Source: Eledone cirrhosa
Taxonomy: Eukaryota
Assembly (NCBI GenBank): GCA_964016885.1
Contig: CAXHJY010000722.1
Coordinates: 1-63,958 of the forward strand
Length of the DNA stretch: 63,958 nucleotides
Reading direction: 5' to 3'
This document shows, in pieces, positions 13,743 to 28,144 of the stretch. The notes under the pieces were generated by a model, which was given only the letters and a program-made list of their open reading frames with translations, did no database searches and was not told the origin of the DNA. Both the position numbers and the translations under genes were made by a program. Within the stretch, counting starts at the first letter, position 1. Every line of letters begins with the position of its first letter.

Positions 13743-14013
13743 TGAAGAGTACGATGGTTGTCAAAAGGCAATTGTGTTGTCCGTTTTCTCGGGGTTTTTT
13801 GATACAATAATATTTTTCTTTCAAAACACTTCTTTGATTGCTTCAAAATGTGATTTTTTCTCAACGACATACTAACCCTAATCATGACAAGACAACAGTT
13901 ATATCCTTTATAATTAAATTTAATAAAACACTGTTTTGAATGATCGAGTTTGCTTTCATTTGTTGTTTAATACGCTATTTACAACAGCAGCCACGTAAGT
14001 CAGCATTACTTGT

Positions 14014-14196
14014 TGGCGGGATTGAAGATAGAGAGTCGGACGCCCTGCTTTGTAGCATAGTGTTACGCCCCTTTATGATTTGAGTTCAAATCCCGCCGAG
14101 GTTAACTTTGCCTTTCATCCTTATGGGTCGATAAAATAAAGTACCAGTAATGCACTGGGTAACTGCTGGCCTTGTGCCAAAAGTAGAAATAATTAT
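14014..14196 (+). mobile_element. SINE family M
   Basis: Full head, core and tail; ATTACTTGTT / ATTATTTGTT flanks look like a TSD. Confidence 0.85.
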
Positions 14197-15024
14197 TTGT
14201 TACCCACTTTTGTTAGTTTTTACTACATCATAAAAGGTCAGTTTACGAACCAGTAACAAATTTTTACCAAACATGCTTTGTACATTTTTTAATATTTACT
14301 ATACAGGTAGCCGTGAAAAATTTGTCCATGTGAAAGGGGGCGATGACACAAAATAGGTTAGGAATCCCTGATCTACAGGATGGTTTGGATACAATAATTT
14401 TGAGAGAATTAACGTTCTTTGACTAAGCTGTAAATTGCCAGTACTATTTAAAGAAACATATCCAAAATATCATGAATTAATGTTATTATGTTTTAAATAT
14501 TAATACATTCCTCCAAGCCTGGGTATGGCTGCTATTTGAAGACAAATGGTCAAGTGTAGAAATATTTGAAGCCGATGCCAATAATGATTATTTTGCGGCC
14601 GATTGTCACATATGGTGGTGAATTTAAACGCCCCCTTTTTTCTTCTTTTTTATCTCTATTTTTGGGTTTATATTTGTATATATTATGTGTTTGTGTTTTC
14701 GTTCTGTAAGCTATCTTGAAAATATAGTTTCCTAGCTATAATTTTTTTTATGGAAGTAAGCAATTGTTATGCAATTTATTTCTAACGACGATATCAAATT
14801 TCCATAATGTTATGTAAAGAAATATATTCTATAAACTTCAGCACTACGTAAAGAAAAGAAGCAACAGCTGTAATTGAACTTATGCCTTTGAACTAAATTA
14901 TATATTGTAAAATGTCTATGTGAACTATATATAATTATGTGGAAGCATAAAGAGATACAGGGACATAGTTTTTCAACAGCTTTGAATCAGGAACAAACCA
15001 ACTGTTTGTATTGTTATTTAATAG

Positions 15025-15170
15025 TGGTTTCCGATTTAGGCACAAGGCCAACAATTTTGGGTCAGGGGAAACTCGATTAGATAAACCCCAGTGCATTACT
15101 GGTATATCATTTTATCAATCCCGGGTAAATACGGCAAAGCATTTTATCTGACGCTTTACCGATTCTACCA
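15025..15170 (-). mobile_element. SINE family M-related, degenerate
   Basis: GGCACAAGGCCA...CCCAGTGCATTACTGGTA...TTTTATC matches the reverse complement of the family M tail and core. Confidence 0.6.
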
Positions 15171-16631
15171 ATAATAATTCATCAGAAATCTCTCAATTTT
15201 ACCTTCCAATTTTTTAATGATAGTTGCTGAAGGCATGTATGTACGTAGATACAAACAAATTTACATATCAAAACCAAGGCACACGCTTGTTTACATTTCA
15301 ATAAGTGGCCTTCAGCTAATATGATAGACAACTTGAGAAGCAAGAGCTGAGCAAATTGTGATGAATTGTTAAATAACAATGAAATTGATCGGTTGTATGC
15401 TCATTTCTAACTGCCAAAAACATCTTGTGTGCCTTCAGCTTCTATTTTCACAGGTAGATTAAATACAAATATGTGTCTGTATATGTATTTATTCATAACC
15501 CATGTAGTGTTGATGGTGGTAGTGGAGTAATTATGTAAACTATAGAATACTAATAAAACTAATAATAACCAAAGCAAACCTAGCAAATATTTCAGAAAGA
15601 GAGTAAAAAGATTAATTGTAAATATAGCAATTACATATTCTTTACAAATAGATTAATTGTTATGTTTGTTCAGTGAACTATTTTTATGTATTGATTAAAT
15701 ATTACTTTTATTATGCTACAATAAAGAAGAAGTAAATGTTCTCTGAAACGCTGAAGATATTCTTACAGAAGTATAGGTAATTCTGTATTTATAGCAACTT
15801 AAGTTCTTCTATGACTCTAAATCATGAGATTACATTTCAGGAATCCCATGGTGTTATCTCTGAAACCTAATTCTATTGCATTCAGTCATATATTGGTTAT
15901 TAGAATCAATATATTCTTTGGAATTACTGACTTCTTTATTGATTAATCAAGCAACAAAAAGAACATTTAATCTCATGAGTAACAAAACTAAACTCAAATC
16001 AAATATTATATTTATCATATTCTCATGAGTGTGTGTATGTGTTTGAATGCATTGATACATGTATCCAGACTTACATGCAGAAACACATATGTTCATATAT
16101 AGCTATGCATATATATGGTCTCACATGTCAAGACCAGCATGAGAACATCCAGTGGGATATGGTTAAGAGATGAACATGCATATAATAACTGGTTAAGAGA
16201 TGGAAATAAAACAAATATGAGAGGAAAAGAAAAGAAATAATGACTATGATTCATGATAGATTTACTCTGGTGAAAAAATAACACCAACCATGTGCTTAAG
16301 AAAAACCATAGTTGTTTCCATATACAAGTATAGTGGTTCCTGTTGTTATAGTATAGTTCTAGATCGAATAGCCCTATAATCAATAACATTTATGCGATGG
16401 CCATCATATCTTTCATAAGCAAACGTAATGCATCTAGGACTGAATTTTCTAATGTAAACATCCTTTTAAAAATCGGCAGCATGTATATGGAGTTCAATAC
16501 GTACCATGGGTAAAATGGAGCTACTGGTATTTTTTTTATTTTATTTTGCTGAACATCCACAGTATAGTAAATTTACCCAAGCCTACCTTGATCAGGTTAT
16601 GTAGATTTTTGGCCAGTAGTAATGTGTACAA

Positions 16632-16820
16632 GGGCGGTGGATTGGCAATATTGGTAGAGAGTCGGACGCCATGCTTTCCAGTATAGTTACGTCCCTTTAC
16701 GGTCTGAGCTCAAATCCGCCGAGGTTAACTTTGCCTTTCATCCTTACAGGGTCGATAAAATAAAGTACCAGTAATGTACTGGGTAATTGCTGGCTTTGTG
16801 CCAAAAGTAGAAACAATTAA
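16632..16820 (+). mobile_element. SINE family M, full length
   Basis: Complete head, core and tail; AATGTGTACAA / AATTTGTACAA flanks are a probable TSD. Confidence 0.88.
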
Positions 16821-19391
16821 TTTGTACAATTAAAATATAAAGAGTTGAAGGAAACGACTTAAGTGAAGGGCATGAATTTAGATAAATAAATTGAAAGATG
16901 TACTGAATGACACATAGAAACATGTTTTTGATTAACTGGAAATTCCCCTCCAAGCTGGAAAAATTCCAATTAATGGAATAATTTGTAATTCATCTGGATA
17001 TTTGAATTAAATGAGGATTATTTACATCCATCATTCAGTAAAGTATGTAACATATTTCTCTAAATTCATGCCATTGTCTAACTTTAGTTATTTATCTTAG
17101 TTTTTTTTTCTAATTATGCACATTTACAAATTATCATAGGCCAAACAAGTTTGTAACTCAATACACAAAAAACTAGAATACACAGAACCCCCCCCCCCCC
17201 CCCCCCCCATTTTACATAGCGAAGTTAGTTTGGCACAAGTAAGTGAAATAGAAAAGTTATACATACAGGTATGAAATTCAAAAATTCTAACTGTCCTAAA
17301 ACTAAAAGGCTCAGCTGAGGGTACAAATAAATTGCTACTGCCCTCTGGTGGGGCCCTCATTGCAGGGGACACAGGGAAATTGCCCCTCATTAAATCCGGC
17401 CTAGAATGCAGTGGGATTAAATGTGGAGCCTCATGATTGGAAAACACATTTCTTAATCTGTCAGCCATATCATTGCTGATGAGGACAGATAACACCAAAA
17501 TATGTCCTTAGCTCCTACCTTGTCTGCAAACAATGAATCATATTTTCCACTATGCATGTAAATTAATTTTGTGAAATTAATTCCTAATTTCTTGAAATTA
17601 TCTTGCCTATTCTTTGCAAGTTTTAACAGTTGTTAGTAAGTTTTGTTTTCTGTCTCCAATTGTGAAAGAAATTTTAATTAATTTAGAATATTTGCATACC
17701 AATTCAAAAATATTGTAAAAAAGAACAAGAAATTCCCAATAGACAAATTACATAGTTGGATTTTCACAACTATTGTGCTTAATATTTCCTTTCTAAATGT
17801 TATACTATGTCTCAAAAAGCACCATTTAATGTAAGGGGTCTTTATTTGTTTCTTCATTAACTTTCATTAGTTGTTTCAATAATGAAACATTGGTTTATGT
17901 ATTAAAAATTATTCTCAACTTTAATCTTATTTTGGATATTGGTTGCAGTATATGAAACAAAATGTATAAAGTAGTAAACACTATGCTACATGGAAAAAAT
18001 TCATTCACTATATCTTAAAGATGTAATCTAAGAACTTGAAACTGCACATTACTCAGGGCTGCATTTTTTAATTTTTGGTTTTGACTTATTTACATAATTT
18101 ACAAATACATGTTTTTCATGTGTGAGTTGATAAATGTGAAACTATTTAATTTACTTGCTAGAAATTGGTTATTGTTAGAGTTACATTACACATGAAATTA
18201 TTTTCACATATTTTATTACATCTACGTGGAATGCTTCTTCGAATAACTCGCACAAAACATTTTTTACTGATACAAATCTGTGTAGCAATGCAAATTGTAA
18301 AATACTAATTGACGTTATATATCAGAATAAACCTCCTTACTCCCACAGTAATGATTCATGTTTATCCACTCTAGTATTCACACATGCACACAAACACATG
18401 CACACACATTTATAAATATTATATATCATTCATCAGTTTGCTAAATCATGAGCCACCACCATTAAGGTTCATTTTCCATACTAAAAGTGTGTATCTAATG
18501 AAAACAAATTACTTCTGTTTGAAACTATTTTCATATATGACATATGCCATGTATGTAATATTTTGAATTAATGATTCAATTAAAATACATGTTTAATAAT
18601 GTAGTTAATTTTGTTTAATTTCCTTTTACACTTACAGAACACATTATAGCATAGACCAGTTATTAATAGGAAATACTTCTATATTTAATATATACTAGAC
18701 CACCCATGACATGTTGGGTCACGTTGTCTTAAAAATGTTTTTTTTTTTAAATCATGTTAATTTTAAAATAATTTTTAAATAATTAAAATTTACAGACATG
18801 TATATAATGTAAAATAAAATTGGAAGGCCCATATATATATATATATATACACACATACATACAAACTTAGAAACCCTTCCTATTTAGCATGAATTATTTG
18901 CTACACACATCCTGTCCTAACACAGCTATGTGATACATATGACGTACTATTCAGTCACCAAATTTTAGCTAGATACAGTAATGCTATATTCGATTCTTTG
19001 AAGTCACCTGTTATAATTTCTTTCAACAACACAACCACCTGTCTCTCTCTTCCATTTTCCTTCTCTATGTATCTCTTTTAATCTACTCTTTGGCAACTAC
19101 TATTTCTTTCTCTCTATCTTTTCTCTCTCTCTCTATTTATGAAGGTACCCATAAAAACCCCATGTCTCGGGAACCTGTACTCCAATTTATGTGAAACTTT
19201 TTTAATTCTATTTGTACTCCCATTTCAGGGTCAACTTTCTTTCAAAGTATTTTCTCATTATGTGCCGTTTTGGTTTTGGCTGTATTAAATTACAGATAAG
19301 CACACACAGAATTTTAGTAGTATGTGTGTATCGTATGGATGTATTATCTAATCTCTGCAATAAAAAATGTGTTTATATATATATATATATA

Positions 19392-19945
19392 TAATGATCA
19401 TCATCATAATCATTATTTTAACATTTGCTTTCCCTGCCAGTAAGTAACAAGGGTTGGATGAGTCTATACAGACCATATCAGTACTTAAGTGGAACCTCTG
19501 AAATCCCAAGACAAGGATCTGTGTCTTGATTATATACAGTCTCACATTCCATTGAGTGTTCAAAAGAAGTTATCATGCCATTGACACATCTGAGGTTTTC
19601 CCAACCCTTTGTTTGACAAGATTTTTATGGCTGGACTCCCTTCCTAACACACACTACTTTACATCATGTACTGGATGCATTTTTCTTGTAAATCACCAAA
19701 ACATGGGAGGATTTGACTAATGGGTCCTCCTGACCATTTGTCTGGCAAGTTTTCTATAGCTGGATGCCTTTACTATCACCAACCACTTTACAATATGTAC
19801 TAGGTGTGTTTATCATGTAGATCACCAACACTAGCAATTCTGTCATATCCATGACGACTGAAGGGTCCTCCTGACCTTTTGTTTGTTTGTTTGGAAAGCT
19901 CTCCATGGCTGAAAGCCGTTTCTATCACCAGTCACTTCATGGAGA
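19392..19945 (-). mobile_element. Old RTE/SINE 3' tail with three degenerate tail modules
   Basis: (CAT)n-like run at ~19395-19415, then three copies resembling GGCTGGATGCCCTTCCTAACACCAACCAC at ~19628, ~19757 and ~19907. Confidence 0.6.
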
Positions 19946-20189
19946 TAGGGGCCAGATGCTAGGAATGTATGTAGAGGGGTTGAAGTATGAGGTTGAGAAT
20001 AATTGTTAGGTAGTGCTAGTGGAAAGGGCGAGGATAGGTCAGGTCACATTTTTATGCTGTATATCAGGTCTTCTTCAGCAATGCATAGCACCAGTCCTCT
20101 GGGTTTTTAGTTATTTCTGTTGTACGGTTTAGCTTTTTACAACCTCATTCCACTGAAGCAGGTGGTTCAAGTAATTGGAGCCATGTTCA

Positions 20190-20720
20190 TGAGTAATGGG
20201 AGGTAGGAGGCTGAATTAAGTGCAAGAATTGCAGGAACTTGTGCAGTAATGTGCCAGCTTCTGCATTCATTATTCAGATAGGAGGTCAGTGTAAAAGCCA
20301 AACTTATTAACTTCAATACAGTATTCATGCCAAACCCTACCTATGGTCATGAATCTTGGGTAATCACTGAAAGAATATGATTGCAAATACAAGCAGCTGA
20401 AATGAGTTTCCTCTGAAGAGTCTTTGAAGTAACATTACTCAATAGAATACATAACTCGGAGATCAGAGCTATGATATTATGGGCATGTGGTTAGAATGTC
20501 TTAGGAAAGAATCGCTGGACAGATTTCATGGACAAAACCAACTGGCAGGAGACCGAGGAGCAGACCTCAAGCAAGATTGTTGGATGATATTTATGAGCTT
20601 GGCTGGTCTCACTTGGGGATCTAGCTGGAACATTTGGAGACAGTTGCTTTTGACAGGACCCACTGGAAGGAGTGTTTGAGGACTCTGCCTCCATGACCCT
20701 CTCAGGAATAAGTGGCTAAA
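20190..20720 (+). pseudogene. Old RTE-type ORF C-terminal remnant
   Basis: Hand translation gives PTYGHESWVITE, IQAAEMSFL, YYGHVVRM and GRRPRSRP, typical of the post-RT region of RTE elements; many stops. Confidence 0.7.
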
Positions 20721-21290
20721 GAACACTTTAAAATAAGAAATTTTGTTTCATAAAAACAAAATGGCCTTAGGCAGGTTAGTATCAAAAGGGTCAATGCATA
20801 AAGCTGCTAGTCGAAGGTTTTGAAATCAATTAAGCTAGTGCCACTCTAATATCCATTAAGTTAATGTATAATTCTATACTTCTGGTCTGAATCTAATTGA
20901 GCTTCAGTATGTTTATTTTCAACTTGATATTTTGAATGAGGAATGGAAGTTAGTATTTTGGAAATGTAAAGTTATATTCGTAAACATATAATACCACCTT
21001 CACAAAATTATATAGTATTTTCTTTCAGTTGAATGAGATAGATAAACTTTATGGAAGCAAACATGTATTCAGTCTCATAATGAATAGTAGAATACACTTT
21101 TCAATTATACAAGTCTTTTACAATTGCTGCTGAACTAATTTGTTGATGTCCCACGAATGAAATTATCCTAGAAACATATATTTGTGATTTGTATTAAGTT
21201 CAAAGGAGTGGTTCTTGTTTCAGTGGGGTTTACACAGGTATGAGAATATAAACAATTACATAAAGAAACTCTGATTTTCTTATATAATTT

Positions 21291-23614
21291 TACTGGTCAA
21301 CAAAATTAAATGTATTATACTCATTATGAATGCAAATCAACTTTTTTAGACTAAATTTTCATGCTGATTTCAAAATTTCACTCCATTTGTATGCAACCCG
21401 TATCAGTGTTTCAGTAGACACAGGCAAATATATACATATTTGTATATATAAAATCATTAACGTAATAAATAAGGACATATTATTTTTAGAAAGTAAATGA
21501 GTTTATTGAGTTAAAAATCATCACTATCATTCTACAAAGAGTCAATACACAAAAAATGGGTCAGACAAAGCAGAAAAAGTTAGAACAGAGTTAGAAACAT
21601 TGTGATTTGGATTTCCTGCAGTGTTCCTGATCTGGTTGATCATGGTAAAGTGTCCAGCATACTGTTATTGCAGAAGCATTGGTACCATTTCTCCATAGAA
21701 CTAATGTCCTGGTGAAATCTTTCACCATGTTCATCAGACACTGCTCCAAGGTTATCTGCGAAGAAATCCAGATGGGAGTCCAAGAAGTGAACTTTCAGTG
21801 ACATGCAACAACCCATTGCTGAGTAACATTTCAGAAGATTCTTGATGCCATACTTGTAATCCATTGCCTTCTTGTTGCCCAAGAAATTCTCACAGATCCA
21901 ATTGAAAGCATTCCAGGCAGTTCCAGTTCATCTAATGTTGTCTTGAAGTTGACATCTTTGAATACTTCTCTAATTTGGGGACCGACAAAGATACCCTCTT
22001 TCAACTTTGCCTGTGTGATTTTGGGAAGCTTTTCTACAATATACTCAAATCCTCTGGCATTCTCTTCCCTAGTCTCTTTACAAACTGTTTCATCAGTCCA
22101 AGCTTTATGTGCAAAGGAGGCAATAAGACATTGCATGGATCTACAAGAGGTGTATTTTTTATGCTAGACAGTCCTGGCTGGTATGATGTTCTTGTAAGCC
22201 AGTTTGATTCCGAATAATGTCTGTCAGTTGCCCAACTATCCCATAGACACAACATACAACAGTATTTTGTGAAACTGACTGCATTCTCATTGACATTCCA
22301 ATGACTTTTAAATCTCCCTATATTTTCCATGAGTATCTTTCATAGGCAATGGCATGAAGTAAAAGTTCCATATTCTCATATAATTGATGAAGATGAATGG
22401 AGTGTGCAATAGGAATGGAGGGTTTCAAATTACCATTATGGAGAAATACAGCTTTTAAACTTTGTTTTGAAGAGTCAATAAACAAACGCCACTCTGTAGG
22501 ATAAACATTCTAAAAGTCTATTGATGTTACTGCAAAAGCAAAGCGAGCCTTCAACAGAAAAACATGTTTGTAGAACCACATTTCTCTGCTGAAAATAAGT
22601 TATATAAACAATGTGCTCAACAGTTCTGCTTTATCTTTTGAGAGGGAGAGGTCTCTGACAAGGTCATTCAGTTCAGCTTCGGAAAATTTCTGAGGTTCAA
22701 AGCTATCGTCATCAGCCATGTAATCTTCCTCAGCAGCACTATCGGGACTGTCAGCATCATCTGATGTTTCAATACCATCATTTGGTGGAACTAGAATTGG
22801 CAGACATCCATTGTGAGGCACAGGTCTCATTGCAGAATCTAAATTGGGATACACAACTTTGTGTTTATTCTTCATTGAAAATCCTGTGACATTTACTTTG
22901 TAAAAATAACAGTCATTAAAATGGTCTTTCGGCTCTCTCTATATCATTGGAATGGCAAAAGGCATGGACTTTCTCTTCTTATTGAACCAGTCACGTTAGA
23001 AATTTGAGCAAGCTGAGCAGATAAAATGTGGTGCCCATAACTTGTCCTGATCTCCAAGAGGGCAGTCAAAGTATAGCTTATAAATCTTCTTGGTCTCTGG
23101 TATTATTGTACGTTTTTGAGCTTTCAAAATAAATTGTCCACAGAGATAACAAAACACACCAGGACGATTTCTACACTGTCTTGACATTGTTAACACTGTA
23201 AAACAAGTAAGAAAATAAATACAAACGGTTATACTTATATTGAATTTGAGATGATGAAATATTTCATCAGACCAATTATGATTGGACAATTTGAGATGTT
23301 GAAATACCTATTTCATCAGACAAAACTTGATTGGTTAATTTAAGATGATGCAATATTGCATCTGAACTATGACTATGCAGCAATGAATAATGTAGTTTAT
23401 TTTAAAGGTATATTTCTGTGATGTAAATGAAATACATGCATACACATCATTAATTGGAATTTCTATATAATGCATGAGCTAAATCCAAAAAACTTTCTTT
23501 TCTTGAAAACCGTAAGTGATGTCAAAAAACTAATTGTATATTTGAAATCAGCATTAAAAACTACACTAAATACACCTTGACATATGCTTGATGAAAAATA
23601 CTTGTTGACCAGTG
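21291..23614 (-). mobile_element. Chapaev3-like (CMC) DNA transposon, full length, decayed
   Basis: 13-bp TIR TACTGGTCAACAA (21291) / TTGTTGACCAGTG (ends 23614), i.e. CACTG ends. Subterminal inverted ATGCTGATTTCAAA (21361) / TTTGAAATCAGCAT (23541). 3-bp flanks TTT / TTA. Family assignment is from recall of protein motifs. Confidence 0.8.
21600..23187 (-). pseudogene. Chapaev3-type transposase pseudogene
   Basis: Collinear fragments: FCYLCG...LGDQDKLWAPHFICSAC, YPNLDSAMRPVPH, ELNDLVRDLSLSKDKAELL, TKYCCMLCLWDS, LLPPLHIKLGLMKQFVK, KLKEGIFVGPQIR, MSLKVHFLDSHLDFF...SDEHGERFHQDI. Confidence 0.88.
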
Positions 23615-23721
23615 TTATTTGAAATTTAAAGATGAAATTACGTAAAGTAATAAAATGATAGATCCTTACTGTAACCAGAAATGGATACGATAAAGTCATT
23701 CATACAGCTGGTATGGATATT

Positions 23722-23780
23722 GTCATCATTATCATCATCTTTTAACATCCACTTTTCCATGCTAGCATGGCTTGGATAGT
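23722..23780 (-). mobile_element. Isolated RTE/SINE 3' tip
   Basis: (CAT)n then TTTAACATCCACTTTTCCATGCTAGCATGG. Confidence 0.6.
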
Positions 23781-25143
23781 CTTATCTTACCCAATAAAAT
23801 TTGCTTGATATGAGTGCACAGACATTTTCCACCTCACATAATACCAGAATAAAAAGGTACATTTAATATAATAAAATAGTCTTCCCAGTATAGCTTTACA
23901 TTATCATTAACAGAGGTTCAAGATAGGAATCAAAACTAGAAACATGTTTTAGAAATAGATTTAATACCAACAGTATTTCTATTGTACTTCTAAATACAAT
24001 TTAAAAAACAACAACCCAAAACTGGAAAACACATTTGTTATATTAGGAAAAACACCAGTGAAGTAGAAATACCTAGAAATAAATACATGTATTTCTAGTG
24101 TCTCAAGTTTTAAGCTAAAACTATGGGATTAAAAATGGTTATTTGTAGAAGTACAAATATAAATACACAGCACAGATAAATGTCACACTAGAAAATATTA
24201 ATATATATGTGGGTGCATGGGTGTGTGTATATATATATATATATGATGCCAAACAAAGATTTCTGAAAACTACCCAAAATATATATTTAGCTTAAGATCC
24301 ATGCAAAGCTAGAGTAAGTTCCCATCATTCAAATTTCCTTCCAATTGCCAGTTTTTGTGTAGCATACATCAATCTTCAGAACACCAGTAGCACTTGATTG
24401 TAGGCCTAAAATGATTTAAGACCACAATAATCAGCTTTGAGATGGAAAGTCCATTTAAATTATGAGTGCTATGCGCTTTTTCAAAATACCATTAGAAAAC
24501 CTTTCATAGAAACATGACATTGTGACATTGATTTACTCAACATCTGAACAATATTCTAGAAATTTTCTATAATATTTTAAACATGTGGCATACTATAGAA
24601 AACCACAATCTAAAAGAAGCATAAAATAACTGAACAAAACTTCACTTATATTGTTTAAAATAGAAATAACAGGAAGATAACTTAAACTAGTAAAGACATT
24701 TATGATTCATTAAATAATGAATTGTAAGATGTATGCTGTATCCCTTTCTCAGAAGAACAAAGAAAATAAATAAATAATATTGATAACAATAAAATAGTTA
24801 CATTTATGTTTGTTTATCAGAGGTTCTGCAGCCAAATTATTAAACCCTGAGATGTTAGAAAAAAGTCCAACCTGTCCCATAAATAAATTTGGTTAAAATT
24901 AGAGATAGCAAGTGAATAGTTAAATGTTGCAGATCCAAGAATTCAATGTTGAATACTTTTTTAATCAAATGTGTTTCTGTGCCAACTGTTAAGCAGGCAG
25001 TAAATTCTAGATATCTCCTAACATTGCTAACAAAGTAGACCCAAGCTTTTAGGGTTTGGCTATCTTCTAATTTTAACAAATCATGCAGCCTTCATTACTT
25101 GAAAACTCCCACTATCACTAAATGGGAGTCATTCACTTGTAAA

Positions 25144-25275
25144 ATGGCAGAATATTGGCAGAATCTTTAAAGCATGTGGTAAAAAGTCTGGCAGTAATTA
25201 TTCCAGCTCCTTACATTCTGAGTTCAGATTTCCACAAAGTCATCTTTGCCTTTCATCATTCTGTAACAGAATAAA
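25144..25275 (+). mobile_element. Degenerate SINE family M
   Basis: TTCTGAGTTCAGATT...CTTTGCCTTTCATC...ATAAAATAG. Confidence 0.5.
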
Positions 25276-25545
25276 ATAGCAGTCTGGTGGAATCATTGAA
25301 ATGGAGAGTATGTTTCATAATATTTGTTCTGGTTCTTCATGATCTATGTTAAAATCCTGATGTTGCCCTCTTGGGTGGTAGACTTAATCTGTTGCCCAGG
25401 TTATTACCACCAATCTGTTGCAAGCAATCGGCCCAGAATTCTATTTTGAGTATAGCTTCCGCTTTCCTTCACACCTGTGGTGAAGCCTTTGAAAATTGTT
25501 ATAGCTGCTGACCTTCCTTTTGACTAACCCATAAAAAATACCTTG

Positions 25546-25650
25546 AAGCCAGCAACTACTATCTACTGATTTAGTGTCAAAAGTAAAATTACGCCGAAAG
25601 CCAGCAACCATTATCTATTGATTTAGAGTCAAACATCAAATTACCTCAAA
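25546..25650 (+). repeat. Imperfect ~52-bp tandem duplication
   Basis: AAGCCAGCAAC.A.TATCTA.TGATTTAG.GTCAAA...AAATTAC occurs twice. Confidence 0.75.
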
Positions 25651-28144
25651 AGGTACCATCACCCATATGTGAGTCATTAACTTGCAAATGAAACTTCAGA
25701 GAGAAAATGGAGGTTCATGTAAACACCATGGCTATCATGGGTTCTCTCTTCTTTCAAATTGTAGCCAAATTTCCAATACTTACCTATTACTTTATTGAGT
25801 TCTCATTCCAGATTGGTAAATAAGTATTTCTTCACAAACACATTTGCACAACGACAAATATCAAATACTTGTTGATGCTTATTTATTTTTAGTCCACAAT
25901 TTTCATGTATGACTTCTGTTCCTTTAGCATCTCACCATAACAGAGAACCTAAAACATTTTTGAGTTAAACATACAACATAATCTTAGTCAACACCAACAA
26001 AATAGTCAATATATTGTTGTCATTGTCATCATAATCATCCTCATCATTAGTTATTACATGATAGCTAAGGTGATATCAAATATTACAGCCAGAAAATATT
26101 TCATATCTGAAGAGCTGAACACTATAATTCGTTAAAATAACCTAATGCACACATAACTGAGATAGTTAACTAAACAGTACTAGATTTTAACATAATCACA
26201 CATAAAAATTGTGAACTAATTTTACTATATGACCAGCCACCTGAAAAACACGCCTTCCCTTTTCAGCCATCTGAAACAACTTTCTCTCTTTCTAGCTCTT
26301 CTACCCTAAATACACTGGTGTCTGATCTTTTTAATTCTATTCCAACATACCTGAAACCCATTATTTTCATCTACATTATTGCATTTTATCATGCCTCCTA
26401 TGTCTCATACAAACAAATTCACCATTGATACTTTTCTAAATACTTCCTGATGTATTTTTCTATATAATTATGTGAAACATCCCAAAGATTTATTATTGCC
26501 ATTTGCATCAAAATTGCCATATAAAAGGAATAGTAAAAGTGCCAAATTTACAAGGAGCTGAATACTTTTAATAAGATCTAAAATTATTTGTTAAACAACA
26601 AAGTAGCATTGCTCAGAGATTTGAAATCAAAATTCATGGCATTTCTTTATATACAAACTTTCCTAATAATGACAATTATTAGAAATAATAAATTTTGATA
26701 TTCATAAATGGTCAGATTTAAAAAAAATATAATAGTTGCTTTGAATATATCAAGCATAGGAAATAAAATATCATTGAAAGTTGAATCAGATCATAGTATA
26801 TAAAAAAACAGGAATTATGTTAAGCATCATAGGTTTATTACTTACTTGCTTGCAGCATAATTACTTACATTTACTAACCATTTGTTTTAATTCCAAATTA
26901 ATCAAAGCAATTTTCAAAAAATTAATTTGAAAATGACAAATGAATATATTTAACCCTTACATTCATATACATGTTAAATGATAAGTTAATCTTGTTGGAT
27001 ATTAAAGTAAGATGGTGTATAAGTGGTTGAATATGCAATTCAAACAGAATACATAATGCATTCTTGAGCACAGTTAAACTATGTTATACTTGCTTTAGCT
27101 TTAGTCTACCACAAGAAGCTATAATGTAATATATATTAAGTAGCCAAATATCAAGCCCTGCATTGTCTACTGACATGCCATGATTCTGATCAAAGCTAAC
27201 TGGAAATTTATAACAACCCTTAAGATGGTGACAAAAGTAAGTCATAAGAACCAGTTTAGTTTGTATGCAATCTCTTTGTTGTTGCCTTTTGTGACACATA
27301 ATCACAAAATATGCTTTGATATAATATTCACACAAAGAAAAATGAAATAATATAAAGATCAAGAAAGATTGGAGTAGGCGATGTTACTATTGTATAGTTT
27401 GAGATTATTAATAGGAAATATGGAGAGAAAAGAAAATCTGAAAGATTTCATTTTGGTTCAGAAAATATATAATAATGAAGCCTTTGAAGAAAGAGTATTT
27501 TTAAAAATAATAATCTTAAGCAAAGAGCTAAATAAGAAATAATAAAATTAATAATTTTCAAAATCAATTTTTTTAGCTTATAGTCATATGGGACAGCATC
27601 AATATATATTCAGCAGTCGGTGTCATTCATTGGAATTTAAATATTTTACAAACCATTAAAAATGTTAGATCTTAAATAGTGCCTTAAATAACAAATCATT
27701 TTTGTGTAATCATATTTTCGAGGTTAGCCATGATACATAGATTTAATTTATACCAAGGTTCTAATTTATAGAAAATTATTCTCAATATATGATTAGCAGT
27801 GATTTCATTGCATGTGTGTGTGTGCACACATTGTGTTAGTCCTGAAATTATTAATTAAATGTATGTGTTCTAAGTAGTGACCCCTTTGGGCGAGAAGGAG
27901 AGTTAATGAGAGTTACGTCACATGGAGACTACAAATTGAGAAACTGAAAGTACCCGCTCTCTTACAAAGCTAGCCATCCAGGAGTTAAGATGTAACTTTG
28001 CCTTCTCCCACTTTTCATTTCACCAAGCCAACAACGAAATGTAAAAATGAGACATGATGTTTGACCCATGTGGGAAGGCTGTAATTGAATGTAATATAAC
28101 GACCCATCCAATCCACATAAAAAATGAGAATGATTATGATGATA

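Larger units (their letters stand above)
12560..13900 (+). pseudogene. Buster-type hAT transposase remnant
   Basis: ORF 12902..13144 contains IVAFSLDGAPAMVG (TDGAxAMxG motif). GTACGATGGTTGTCAAAAGGC at ~13749-13769 encodes VRWLSKG. Many stops and frameshifts; boundaries approximate. Confidence 0.75.
11260..14370 (+). mobile_element. Decayed hAT (Buster/Charlie-type) DNA transposon with three nested SINEs
   Basis: Imperfect TIRs CAGGGTTTCGCAATCT (11260) and revcomp CAGGGATTCCTAACCT (ends 14370). Flanks ATCAAACAG / ATCTACAG resemble an 8-bp nnnTAnnn TSD. Transposase remnants inside. Confidence 0.8.

Noticed and set aside
17335-17404. GC-rich patch ending TAAATCCGGCCTAG, like a hAT terminal repeat
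   Set aside because: No matching left TIR or TSD found.
18690-19340. Possible Helentron/HINE-like non-autonomous element
   Set aside because: Only vague motifs (ACTAG start, ACCAAATTT, internal microsatellites); termini not demonstrable.
25650-25900. Possible Penelope RT relic (MGSLFFQIVAKF resembling MGSPLSPxxANLF)
   Set aside because: Single weak motif with no supporting catalytic motif.
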